Source: an uncultured Bacilli bacterium
Lineage (GTDB): Bacteria > Bacillota_I > Bacilli_A > RF39 > UBA660
Length of the DNA stretch: 64,000 nucleotides
Assembly: GCA_934100165.1 (NCBI GenBank)
Contig: CAKOPN010000005.1
Coordinates: 33,804-97,803 of the forward strand
Reading direction: 5' to 3'
Position numbers and translations under genes: made by a program
Notes under the pieces: model-generated
Told to the model about the DNA's origin: nothing
What the model saw: the letters and a program-made list of their open reading frames with translations, nothing else
The model's database searches: none
Shown: piece after piece, positions 54,108 to 63,788 of the stretch
How the letters are laid out: every line of letters begins with the position of its first letter
How positions within the stretch are numbered: the stretch's first letter is position 1

Positions 54108-56129
54108 ATGCCAAAAAACTTAGTAATTGTGGAATCACCAAGTAAAAGTAAGACTATTGAAAAATACCTTGGAAAGGACTTTCATGTCGTATCATCAAAA
54201 GGACACATAAGAGATCTTGCTACAACTGGAAAATATGGACTTGGAGTAGATGTAGACAACGACTTTAAACCAACATACGTACCAATAGAAGGTAAACAAA
54301 AAATGATTGCAGCACTAAAGAAAGATGTCAAAGAAGCGTCAAAAGTCTACCTTGCAACCGACCCAGATAGAGAAGGGGAAGCTATATCATGGCACTTAAA
54401 AGATGCACTTGGTATTAAAGATAGCGACTATGACCGTGTGTTATTCCATGAAATTACTAAAGACAAAGTGATAGAAGCATTTAAAGAACCTAGGAAAATA
54501 GATTATAACCTTGTAAAAAGTCAAGAGACAAGAAGAATTTTAGACAGAATAATAGGATTTAGACTAAGTAAACTAATGCAATCAAAAACAGGTGGAAAAA
54601 GTGCAGGACGTGTACAAAGTGTTGCATTAAAACTAATCGTTGATAGAGAAAGAGAAATAAATGCCTTCAAGAAAGAAGAATACTGGACAATTGATGCCAT
54701 ATTTAAAGATTTTGAAGCAAGCCTCTTTGCATACAAAAATAAAGATATAAAAGTTAAAAATGAAGAAGAAGCTGATAAAATATTATCATCGTTAACAGAT
54801 AAGTTTACAGTATCTTCAATAACAAAAAAAGAAAAAGCAAAAAAAGCTAAACCGCCTTATATAACAAGTACATTACAACAGGAAGCATCAACAAAGTTAA
54901 ACTTTCCTGCTAAAAAAACTATGAGCATTGCTCAAAAATTATATGAAGGTATAGATATAGGCACAGAGACAACTGGTTTAATAACTTATATGAGAACAGA
55001 CTCAATACGTCTTAGTGATACTTATATAAAAGATGCTTATAAATATATAAATGATAACTTTGGAAAAGAATACATTGGTTATGTTAAAAAGACAAAAAAA
55101 ACAGAAAATGTACAAGACGCACACGAAGCAATTAGACCAACTAGTGTATTTAGAACACCAAATGATATGAAACAATACTTAACAAATGATGAATTTAAAC
55201 TATATGAGTTAATATACTATAGAACACTAGCATCCCTAATGGCAGATGCAAAAGTAAATGCAACTGTTATGATACTCGACAATAACGATTATAACTTTAA
55301 AGCAACAGGGCAAACACTGATTTATGATGGTTACTTAAAAGTTTATAAAAAGTTTGAAAAAAGCGAAGATAAAATATTACCAGTATTAAATGAAAACGAT
55401 ACAGTTACAACTGACAAAATTGAAAAAGAACAACATTTCACAGAACCACCTGCAAGATATACTGAAGCTAAACTAATAAAAGAAATGGAAGAATTAGGAA
55501 TAGGTAGACCATCTACGTATGCTACAGTAATTGATACAATAAAAACTCGTGGATATGTTACTCTTGACGATAAAAAGTTTGTTCCAACAGAAATTGGAAT
55601 AGAAACTACAGACAAACTTCAAGAGTTCTTTAGTGACATAATAAATGTTGAGTATACTGCTAACATGGAAACAGATCTTGATAAAATTGCTGATGCCAAA
55701 GAAGATAACATAAAAGTGTTACATGCTTTCTATGATTCCTTTGAGCCACTCGTAAAAAAAGCTTTTGGTGAAATGGAAAAGAAGTCTCCTGAAGCAACTG
55801 GTGAATCCTGCCCACTATGTGGAAGCCCACTTGTACTTAGAAAAGGAAAATACGGAACATTTACAGCCTGCAGTAATTATCCTGAGTGTAAATACATAAA
55901 AAAAGAACAAAAAGAAGTTAAAGAAATAGTAAAATGTCCAAAGTGTGGCGGAATGATAGTAGAAAGAAAAAGCAAAAAAGGGAAAGTGTTCTATGGCTGT
56001 AATAACTTCCCTAAATGTAAAACCGCAACATGGGATATTCCAACTGGAGAACTTTGCCCAAATTGTGGTGACTTACTAGTAGAAAAAGATGGACATATAA
56101 AATGTAATAGTTGTGAGTATGTAAAATAA
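54108..56129 (+). CDS. topA: DNA topoisomerase I
   Basis: 673 aa. TOPRIM N-terminus MPKNLVIVESPSKSKTIEKYLG, the active-site region, and three C-terminal C4 zinc ribbons (CPLCGSP...C, CPKCGG...C, CPNCGD...C). Confidence 0.9.
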   Translation: MPKNLVIVESPSKSKTIEKYLGKDFHVVSSKGHIRDLATTGKYGLGVDVDNDFKPTYVPIEGKQKMIAALKKDVKEASKVYLATDPDREGEAISWHLKDALGIKDSDYDRVLFHEITKDKVIEAFKEPRKIDYNLVKSQETRRILDRIIGFRLSKLMQSKTGGKSAGRVQSVALKLIVDREREINAFKKEEYWTIDAIFKDFEASLFAYKNKDIKVKNEEEADKILSSLTDKFTVSSITKKEKAKKAKPPYITSTLQQEASTKLNFPAKKTMSIAQKLYEGIDIGTETTGLITYMRTDSIRLSDTYIKDAYKYINDNFGKEYIGYVKKTKKTENVQDAHEAIRPTSVFRTPNDMKQYLTNDEFKLYELIYYRTLASLMADAKVNATVMILDNNDYNFKATGQTLIYDGYLKVYKKFEKSEDKILPVLNENDTVTTDKIEKEQHFTEPPARYTEAKLIKEMEELGIGRPSTYATVIDTIKTRGYVTLDDKKFVPTEIGIETTDKLQEFFSDIINVEYTANMETDLDKIADAKEDNIKVLHAFYDSFEPLVKKAFGEMEKKSPEATGESCPLCGSPLVLRKGKYGTFTACSNYPECKYIKKEQKEVKEIVKCPKCGGMIVERKSKKGKVFYGCNNFPKCKTATWDIPTGELCPNCGDLLVEKDGHIKCNSCEYVK

Positions 56130-56267
56130 CTCATAACTTTTTTATTGTGTAAAATATGCATACTTTATACATAAATATTTTGCCCCTGTCAGTTGAATAA
56201 CTTCATCTAGTGTGCTATACTTTTTATAAGTTATCGAATTGTAATAGAAGCTGTTGGAGGTCTTATT

Positions 56268-57212
56268 ATGAATGTAGAACTTGAGAAGAGTATGGAAAGT
56301 GCAAGAGAAAGTATCGAAAGAAGAACAGGGACATATTTTACTAGTCATAAAGCATTTGATAGTGCCATGGATTTTGCTTATAGATTTCTATACGATACAT
56401 TCGGTGATATTGATTTTACACCAATATTTTCATCTCAAGAAAAAGTTATAGTATTTCATAAAAATGGTAAAAAGCGTTTCAAAAGCCATGAAAAAACAAA
56501 CAACAGTGCAAGTGTTAGAATAAGCATAGAAATAATAAATGATACAGCATTAAATGTAGATGTTGAATCAGGAGCTGTCTATGATGTAGATAGTTTGGCA
56601 GAACAATTTACAAATGAAGAAGATAAAGAGAACTTCTTAAAAAATGCAAATGGTACCAAAAGTATTCTATGTACTTATTACAATCATAAAGTATATGACA
56701 ACTTTGGAATAGAAATGCATGACAGTTTTTACGATGACATGTTTTTCTTAAGAGAACCAATGTCAAGAGTTTTAATAAGTGGACAAGTAGTAACACCACT
56801 TAGAAACCCATCACTTTCTGAAAAAGGATACAGATTGCCCGAGAAACACAACAGTCCAGAATACAAAAGTGTAAGTAGAAATTATGATAATTTATCTCTT
56901 GCATACGTAACTTTTGTAGATTCAAATAGTAAAAAAAGTAGTAAAGAAATCTTTTTAGTAGATAGTACTAAACATCCAGAGAGACTAAGATTAACTGAGA
57001 CCCCTGTGGCACGTTGGAATGATAAAAAAATGGAATATGAAATAACTAATGAGGCATCTGGGAAATATAAAGATCTAGCTGAGCTAAATGCTAAAAGCAA
57101 AGAAGTTTTAGGTGCAAACTTAGAAGAATGCAAAACACGTGAAGAAAGCCCTGAAATATACAAACTATTAAAAAGTATAAACGGAATAGAGTATCCAAAA
57201 TACTCAAAATAA
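56268..57212 (+). CDS. Hypothetical cytoplasmic protein (immediately upstream of the VirB1-like hydrolase)
   Basis: 314 aa, no TM, no recognisable domain. Confidence 0.5.
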   Translation: MNVELEKSMESARESIERRTGTYFTSHKAFDSAMDFAYRFLYDTFGDIDFTPIFSSQEKVIVFHKNGKKRFKSHEKTNNSASVRISIEIINDTALNVDVESGAVYDVDSLAEQFTNEEDKENFLKNANGTKSILCTYYNHKVYDNFGIEMHDSFYDDMFFLREPMSRVLISGQVVTPLRNPSLSEKGYRLPEKHNSPEYKSVSRNYDNLSLAYVTFVDSNSKKSSKEIFLVDSTKHPERLRLTETPVARWNDKKMEYEITNEASGKYKDLAELNAKSKEVLGANLEECKTREESPEIYKLLKSINGIEYPKYSK

Positions 57213-57233
57213 GCTTTGTTAGGTGGTGAAATA

Positions 57234-60200
57234 ATGAATAACTCTACAAACAACACAAACCCAAATACAAACAATAGTGCACAAAACAACAATACAACCA
57301 AAAGACAAAAGATTAACTTAAATATGAACGACTATCTAAAAAAGCAAGCAATGCGAAAATTAGATGATAATAGATTCTCATCAAAATTAAGAGAAGCAGT
57401 GGAAAAAAATAAAAATAAAAATGCCAAAAAAGCCCTAAAAAACAATATTGGTAATTTTGCTTCTCCATTAGAAAGTGCTGTTGTTAAATCAAAATTAGCA
57501 GCAGGCGGTGGAGAAGAATATATAGATACTGTAAAGAATGCAAGCAATGAAATGGAAGGCGTTGCTAAAGTTGCAGCAAAGATCAAACTCAAAGGTAAAC
57601 TAATTAAAGTTGGTTTAATAATTGGTGGAATTGCTCTTGCAGTACTTTTTGTAATCGCTTTAATTACATCAATTTTCAAAAATGCTGATTCACAAATATA
57701 TAGTAATGTTAATGATGGAAAAATAGATCCTGAACAGTACCCAGACAATGACTTAATAAATCCAAATGTCTTTGTAAAATACCCAGGAATATACGAAAAA
57801 GTAGAAGCGGCAGCTAGAAAAGTTGGAAGCCAGTATAAAGTAGACATAGATAGATATTTAATTTTAGCTACTTTAATCGCTCCACTTGAAAATGAAAATA
57901 TAGTACCTGTTTCTGATGAAAGCTGCGGAGAAACGGACTGTTACTATCTTAAAGGGGAAAGCTACACATGGACTGAATTTTTGGAAAGATGGGGAGATCA
58001 AGCTGAATATTTAGCAAAAGCTCAGATACTAACTTATGTAAATAAAAGTTCAGATATAAAAGTAACTTGTGGAAAAGATCAGACAATGGAACAATATGCC
58101 CAAAATGACTTAGAAGTAAATGATTTTAATTTTTGGAAACTTTTCAACCCAGCTAACTGGTTTAAAGGTTTTAGAGATGCGACAGGAGCAGAACTTAATG
58201 CTAAATGCATATATGATGTTGAAGCAGGTGAGTCAAGAATCCCTACAATATATGTTCTGTCAAAAGATCAAGGAATATACTATAACGATATAAATGCCGA
58301 TGGAGAACGTACTTTTGTAAAAGATCCAAACAGTGGGGGAGTATACTTCTGGAATCTTGTTAATAATGGCGGATTTATTCATGTATATTTTGGAGACTAT
58401 CTGAACATTAATGAGAATGCTACAGATGATCAAAATTATGAACAAAACCTTTCTACTATCCTTGACATAGCAAACTATATTTATTCTTATTATGAATCAA
58501 TTAGAAAAGATTGTGAAGGATATTTGCTTATTGAGAGTACAATTGAAACAATAAATATGAGTCAACCAGGTGGTGGGGTATATACTCTTCCTCTTGACCA
58601 ATATATTGGTGGTGTAGTATTAGCAGAAATAGGATACAATGACAATATAGAAACAATTAAAGCATTTGCAACTCTTGCAAGAAGTTATGCTATAAGTGTT
58701 GTAGGATTAGATGGAAGTGGTACTATTGAAAATAGTAGTAATAACCAAAATTATAGCTGGAATTACACACCAGAAAAATATCCAAGAATAGCCCAGGCTG
58801 TTGAAGAAACGAAAGGTTTCGTATTAACACACTATGGGCAAGCTTCAGTAATTAGAAGTAGTTATGATGCATTTTGTCCTACGACTAGTGAGCCTATAAA
58901 TGACTTTTATTATTTACCAGATGGACAAAATAATATTCCAATTAGTCTTGAAAGTTATAGAAAAAAAACAGGACATGAATTCACTGTAAAAGAAAAATAC
59001 TTAAAATGCCCATGTTTCCAAAACGAAAGTAGTAGACCTAATAATGTAAGTTTTGGTGGTAAAAAAGTAAGATTTGCAACGTCTCCAAATAATCCACCAA
59101 CGGAAGCAGCTGGATCACCTAGACAAACAACGGATGCAGAATGCTGGACATACACAGGAAGTTCAAGAATAAATTCTTTAACACAAGCAACTGAATATGC
59201 TTGGACTTATAAAGCAACAGGTGGACATGGTAGAGGAGCAAGCCAAGTTGGACTTTCATATTATGGAATGTTTGGTTATGAATGGGAAGCTTTAATAAGA
59301 ATGTTCTATACTGATTCAACAATAAAGAGATTATCATCTTCTCTTGAAGAAGGAGAATGTCAAAATGCATCATACTATAAAGGAGAAACTGGTTCTACTG
59401 GTTCAACTACAATTGAAGCTTGTGGAGCAACATTTGAAAGCAATGGCGGAAATTATACAAAACGTATAAGTGGAAATCCTCTAAATTCTCCATTAACAGA
59501 TGCCCTTGATAGTAAAGGATATAGTATTGAATGTTTAAATAGTTGCATAGAGCAAAGAGTAAGCGCTGCTGGAATTGGTACTAGATATGGTACATCAGAA
59601 GCTGCTGTAGCACTTCTTGAGTGTACAATGGAAATGACAGGTGGCTTTACTTATCCTTATGACCATCGTGGCGGATACACTCCAAGAAACCCTGATATAG
59701 CTGGACAAACAGGTGTTAACTCAAGATGGGGAGAATATGAATCATGGGCTACTGGATGCGGTTCAAGTAAATGTCGTTTGGGCCTTAACTGTGCTAACTT
59801 TGTTAGATGGTCAATGTGTAATGGAGGAAGAAGTGATTTCTGTAATAGTAGAAGACAAGACACGTTTGCAACTGGAATAACAGGCGTAAACTCTGATACA
59901 GAATACTTCCCTGGAGCAGTTAGATTATATTTATCAGGTAGAAGTCACTTCTCAGTATCACCAAATGTTACTATTGGTGATTTAAGTAGTAGTTACCAGC
60001 AAAAATTTAGTAGCTTATATTCAACAAGTACTGCTCTTACTTCTGTAGATATAGACAAAGTATTATCACTAATTCAACCAGGAGACGTACTATATTCAGA
60101 CGTTAATGGTGGATCAAACCATGCTATGATGATAATTGGCGTTGAAGATTCTGCAATTTGGATAGCAGAAAATGGAAGAAAAACGCGTATGATTACTTAT

Positions 60201-60266
60201 GATGATTTAAAGTCAGGTAGTAAAAACTATGTCGTACTTTTACTAGATGGATATTACGAATCATAA
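57234..60266 (+). CDS. Membrane-anchored multi-domain cell-wall hydrolase: SpoIID/LytB-like domain plus C-terminal NlpC/P60- or CHAP-type papain-fold peptidase (VirB1 functional class)
   Basis: About 1010 aa from the ATG at 57234 (AGGTGGTGA RBS). Asn-rich N-terminus and a single TM (LIKVGLIIGGIALAVLFVIALITSIF). The SpoIID/LytB signature is LDQYIGGVVLAEIGYNDNIETIKAFATLARSYAI. The C-terminal Cys/His pair (GLNCANFVRWSMCNGG and GGSNHAMMIIG) is typical of NlpC/P60 or CHAP peptidases. Confidence 0.6.
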   Translation: MNNSTNNTNPNTNNSAQNNNTTKRQKINLNMNDYLKKQAMRKLDDNRFSSKLREAVEKNKNKNAKKALKNNIGNFASPLESAVVKSKLAAGGGEEYIDTVKNASNEMEGVAKVAAKIKLKGKLIKVGLIIGGIALAVLFVIALITSIFKNADSQIYSNVNDGKIDPEQYPDNDLINPNVFVKYPGIYEKVEAAARKVGSQYKVDIDRYLILATLIAPLENENIVPVSDESCGETDCYYLKGESYTWTEFLERWGDQAEYLAKAQILTYVNKSSDIKVTCGKDQTMEQYAQNDLEVNDFNFWKLFNPANWFKGFRDATGAELNAKCIYDVEAGESRIPTIYVLSKDQGIYYNDINADGERTFVKDPNSGGVYFWNLVNNGGFIHVYFGDYLNINENATDDQNYEQNLSTILDIANYIYSYYESIRKDCEGYLLIESTIETINMSQPGGGVYTLPLDQYIGGVVLAEIGYNDNIETIKAFATLARSYAISVVGLDGSGTIENSSNNQNYSWNYTPEKYPRIAQAVEETKGFVLTHYGQASVIRSSYDAFCPTTSEPINDFYYLPDGQNNIPISLESYRKKTGHEFTVKEKYLKCPCFQNESSRPNNVSFGGKKVRFATSPNNPPTEAAGSPRQTTDAECWTYTGSSRINSLTQATEYAWTYKATGGHGRGASQVGLSYYGMFGYEWEALIRMFYTDSTIKRLSSSLEEGECQNASYYKGETGSTGSTTIEACGATFESNGGNYTKRISGNPLNSPLTDALDSKGYSIECLNSCIEQRVSAAGIGTRYGTSEAAVALLECTMEMTGGFTYPYDHRGGYTPRNPDIAGQTGVNSRWGEYESWATGCGSSKCRLGLNCANFVRWSMCNGGRSDFCNSRRQDTFATGITGVNSDTEYFPGAVRLYLSGRSHFSVSPNVTIGDLSSSYQQKFSSLYSTSTALTSVDIDKVLSLIQPGDVLYSDVNGGSNHAMMIIGVEDSAIWIAENGRKTRMITYDDLKSGSKNYVVLLLDGYYES

Positions 60267-60359
60267 TCTCGAGAGAAATATAAAAAGGGTTGATATTATT
60301 GATTAGTAAAAAAATACAATTCTCTCTTGTATACTAAAAAATAGTATCATTTTGTGTCT

Positions 60360-61106
60360 ATGAGAAAAAAAGCATGTTTACTTCTTTTATTACTATTTCT
60401 GTTTACTGGCTGTACAGCAAATTATACTATCGAAGTTAAAGATGGCAAAATAACGGAAGAGTTTTATGTCGTTGAAACAGACAAAGAACTTGCCACAACC
60501 TACAAAGATGATATGGATAGTACATTCGATGATTATGCAAAAATGTATGGTATAGAAGACAATTATTATGCAAGTTACTATAACATGTATAACGATGAAG
60601 AGTCTATTTGCCATGAAACAGAAAAACACAGATGTGACTACTATAATAAAAAATATATAAATAATGATGATGGAATTGGTTTTAAACTAAGCTCAACCTT
60701 TACTTATGATGATTATGCAGATGCCACTATACCTAATGATTTGATGCCAGGCTTTACATCAAAGTTCGATGGTAAATATTTAGTAATAAATGGTGGAACA
60801 AACTGGGACTTTTTAAAAGGATATAAAAACCTTGAAAAAGTAAATATTAGAATAAAAAGTGACTATTATGTTACATCGACAAATATGAAATACAAAGGTA
60901 ATGGGTTGTACGAGGTTTCTGTCGACAAAAATAACAATAATGATTTCCCAGAAATTTATATAACATTTGACACAACTAAAACCAAAAGATTAGGTAATGA
61001 AAATGCTCAAATTGTAGGTATTATAATGGTTAGTGTAATTGGAGTAGTAATTTTATTTACAATAATAAGGTTATTCCAAAAAAATAAAAAGAACAATAAA
61101 GTTTAG
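60360..61106 (+). CDS. Lipoprotein with C-terminal TM anchor, unknown function
   Basis: About 248 aa from the ATG at 60360. Lipobox LLLLLLFLFTGC. A Tyr/Asp/Asn-rich ectodomain is followed by a C-terminal TM (IVGIIMVSVIGVVILFTII) and a KNKKNNKV tail. No obvious RBS. Confidence 0.55.
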   Translation: MRKKACLLLLLLFLFTGCTANYTIEVKDGKITEEFYVVETDKELATTYKDDMDSTFDDYAKMYGIEDNYYASYYNMYNDEESICHETEKHRCDYYNKKYINNDDGIGFKLSSTFTYDDYADATIPNDLMPGFTSKFDGKYLVINGGTNWDFLKGYKNLEKVNIRIKSDYYVTSTNMKYKGNGLYEVSVDKNNNNDFPEIYITFDTTKTKRLGNENAQIVGIIMVSVIGVVILFTIIRLFQKNKKNNKV

Positions 61107-61171
61107 TTTTATTGCAAAAAACTAGATTTTTATGTTATGATTTAATGTGTAAATAAGGAAGTGAATGTTTA

Positions 61172-63772
61172 ATGAAATTACGTATTGTAGCTAGTTCAAG
61201 AGATTTGATAATATTTGCTATATTTGCAGTATTTTTATTATATGTAGTGGCACTTGGAGTATTAAATTTGCCACAGTTAGCAGGGGAGGGAACTTTCTAT
61301 GGATTAAATCCAATAGAAGCGTTTTCAAGTGATTATATACTCTTTACAGTTGTATTTTATCTTTTAGCCTTAGGTGGTCTTATTATGAGTGTAAGCTCAT
61401 ATTTCTTTGAATGGGAATCTGGCTTTGGTTTTGGAGTTTCATCTGGTAGCAAAGGTGGATATTCAGACTGGGCAAAAGCAAAAGATATAAAAGAAGATAC
61501 AAACATTAAGAAAGTTAATGCAAGTGATCATACTTCTAAGTATGCAGGTGTTCCTCTTATTTGTAATGGTAAAGAGTTATGGGTAGATGATGGAGCATAT
61601 CATACACTTGTTATAGGTGCTACTGGTAGTGGTAAAACTCAGAGTACCATCTTACCTACAATGAAAATCCTTGCTAAAAAGGGTGAATCAATTATTTGTA
61701 CAGACCCAAAAGGTGAGTTATATGAAAAAACTGGTGGATTATTAAAAGAAAAAGGATATAACGTAATATTATTAAACTTCCGTAATCCTCAAAATGGTAA
61801 TGCTTGGAACCCACTTGCACTTCCATATAGACTTTATAAAAGCGGTAATCAAGATAAAGCTATTGAGTTACTAGATGACTTAGCTTTGAATATACTTTAT
61901 GATGAAAGTTCATCAAATGCCGACCCATTTTGGGAAAAAACAGCAGCAGATTATTTTGCAGGTATTGCTCTTGCTATGTTTGAAGATACTACTGAAGATA
62001 AAATCAATATAAATAGTATTAACATGACAGCAACTGTTGGTGAAGACAGGTTTGGTGGTTCAACTTATATTAAAGAGTATTTTAACTATAAAGATCCTAG
62101 CAGTGCAGCATATGTTAATGCAAGTGGTACTGTTATGGCACCAAGTGATACAAAGGGTGGTATAATTTCTGTATTTAAACAGAAAGTAAAACTTTTTGCA
62201 TCACGTGAAAACTTATCAGAAATGTTAAGTTATAGTGATTTTGATCTAGATTCAATTGGTAAAAGACCAACAGCAGTATTTATAATTATTCAAGATGAAA
62301 AGAAGACATACCATTCACTTGCTACAATCTTTATTAAACAAGCTTATGAAACTTTAATCGATGTAGCACAGTCAAATGGCGGAAAACTTCCATATAGAAC
62401 TAACTTCTTACTAGATGAGTTTGCTAACATGCCACCACTTAAAGACGTTACAACAATGATAACAGCAGCTCGTTCTAGACAAATAAGATTTACAATGATA
62501 ATCCAGAACTTTGCACAGTTAAACAAAATATATGGAAAAGATGATGCTGAAACAATAAAAGGTAACTGTGGTAACATAGTTTATTTGATTTCAACAGAAC
62601 TTGCTGCACTAGAAGAAATAAGCAAACTTTGTGGTGAGAAAAAATCAAAGAAAGATGATAAAACAGCATCAACACCTCTAGTTACTGTAAGCGACTTACA
62701 AAGAATGAAACAGTTCGACCAAATAATCTTACGTATGAGAAAAAATCCATTTAAAACATCATTTGTACCAGACTTTAAAATTGACTGGGGAAGCGAAACA
62801 TCTCCAAAAGTTGATTATCCACTAAGAGAGAAGAAAAAAGTAAATATATTCGATATTAGAGATTTTGTTAAAGAAAAGAAAAATCAAAAAATAAATGAAA
62901 TGATGGCAAGCATGTCTGATGGAGATAAAGGTGGATCTACAGCAAAGAAAGATCCATTCCAACAAATGCCTAGAGATCCTTTCCGAAGACCAATGTATAA
63001 TTCACCAGAAGGAAGAATGCCAAAAGAAAACAGTGATTTAGATACAAAACCGAAACCAAATATATCTGTTAGCGATCTAGTTAAGAAAATAGACCAAAAA
63101 TTAGCGGAAATTGAAAAAGAAGAATCAGAAAATAAAGCTAACAAGAAAGAACCAGTACCTGTAAAGAAGGAAGAAAAGAAATATTCTATTGATGACTTCT
63201 TAATGCAACAGGAAGAGAAAAAAGAAATCCAAAAAAATAAGAGTGTACAATATACTCCTTCAAAATCTTTTGATGAAAAGACAAAAGATAGTAAATCTTT
63301 TAATAAAGATATAGAACTTTTATCTGAATATGAAAAAGAAAAAAATGACAAAAAGGAACCTAAAAAAGAGAAGGAATATGTCTACATTGATAGTGATTCT
63401 GACTTATTTGCGCCAATTCTTGATAAAACAGATGAAGATAGAATAGAAAAAGAAATGAAAAAAGATGCTCCTTCAATAGATTTAACTGATGATATGATAA
63501 TGGATGTTGATAATCAGTTAAAAAATACTAAATTTGAAGAAGACAATATTGATATGGGTTTATTTGATTTAGATGATGATATAACTCCAAAAACTGAGGA
63601 TATTGTAATAGAAGAAAGAAAAGAACCTGAAGAAATCAAACAAGAGCAAGAGAAGAAAGAAGCTCCTGTTGAAAGAAAGGAACCAGAAGAAATCTTTAAG
63701 CCAACTCCAACAATTAAACTTGATGATGTTAAAGATGATGATAACTTCTTTGATGATTTCTTCGATGATTAA
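61172..63772 (+). CDS. VirD4/TraG-family type IV coupling protein ATPase with ~250-aa acidic C-terminal tail
   Basis: 866 aa. Two N-terminal TM helices, Walker A LVIGATGSGKTQS, the FLLDEFANMPPL motif, the RSRQIRFTMIIQNFAQL motif, and a highly acidic, Lys/Glu/Asp-rich tail ending DDDNFFDDFFDD. Confidence 0.8.
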   Translation: MKLRIVASSRDLIIFAIFAVFLLYVVALGVLNLPQLAGEGTFYGLNPIEAFSSDYILFTVVFYLLALGGLIMSVSSYFFEWESGFGFGVSSGSKGGYSDWAKAKDIKEDTNIKKVNASDHTSKYAGVPLICNGKELWVDDGAYHTLVIGATGSGKTQSTILPTMKILAKKGESIICTDPKGELYEKTGGLLKEKGYNVILLNFRNPQNGNAWNPLALPYRLYKSGNQDKAIELLDDLALNILYDESSSNADPFWEKTAADYFAGIALAMFEDTTEDKININSINMTATVGEDRFGGSTYIKEYFNYKDPSSAAYVNASGTVMAPSDTKGGIISVFKQKVKLFASRENLSEMLSYSDFDLDSIGKRPTAVFIIIQDEKKTYHSLATIFIKQAYETLIDVAQSNGGKLPYRTNFLLDEFANMPPLKDVTTMITAARSRQIRFTMIIQNFAQLNKIYGKDDAETIKGNCGNIVYLISTELAALEEISKLCGEKKSKKDDKTASTPLVTVSDLQRMKQFDQIILRMRKNPFKTSFVPDFKIDWGSETSPKVDYPLREKKKVNIFDIRDFVKEKKNQKINEMMASMSDGDKGGSTAKKDPFQQMPRDPFRRPMYNSPEGRMPKENSDLDTKPKPNISVSDLVKKIDQKLAEIEKEESENKANKKEPVPVKKEEKKYSIDDFLMQQEEKKEIQKNKSVQYTPSKSFDEKTKDSKSFNKDIELLSEYEKEKNDKKEPKKEKEYVYIDSDSDLFAPILDKTDEDRIEKEMKKDAPSIDLTDDMIMDVDNQLKNTKFEEDNIDMGLFDLDDDITPKTEDIVIEERKEPEEIKQEQEKKEAPVERKEPEEIFKPTPTIKLDDVKDDDNFFDDFFDD

Positions 63773-63788
63773 GGAAGGTGGTAGTAGA

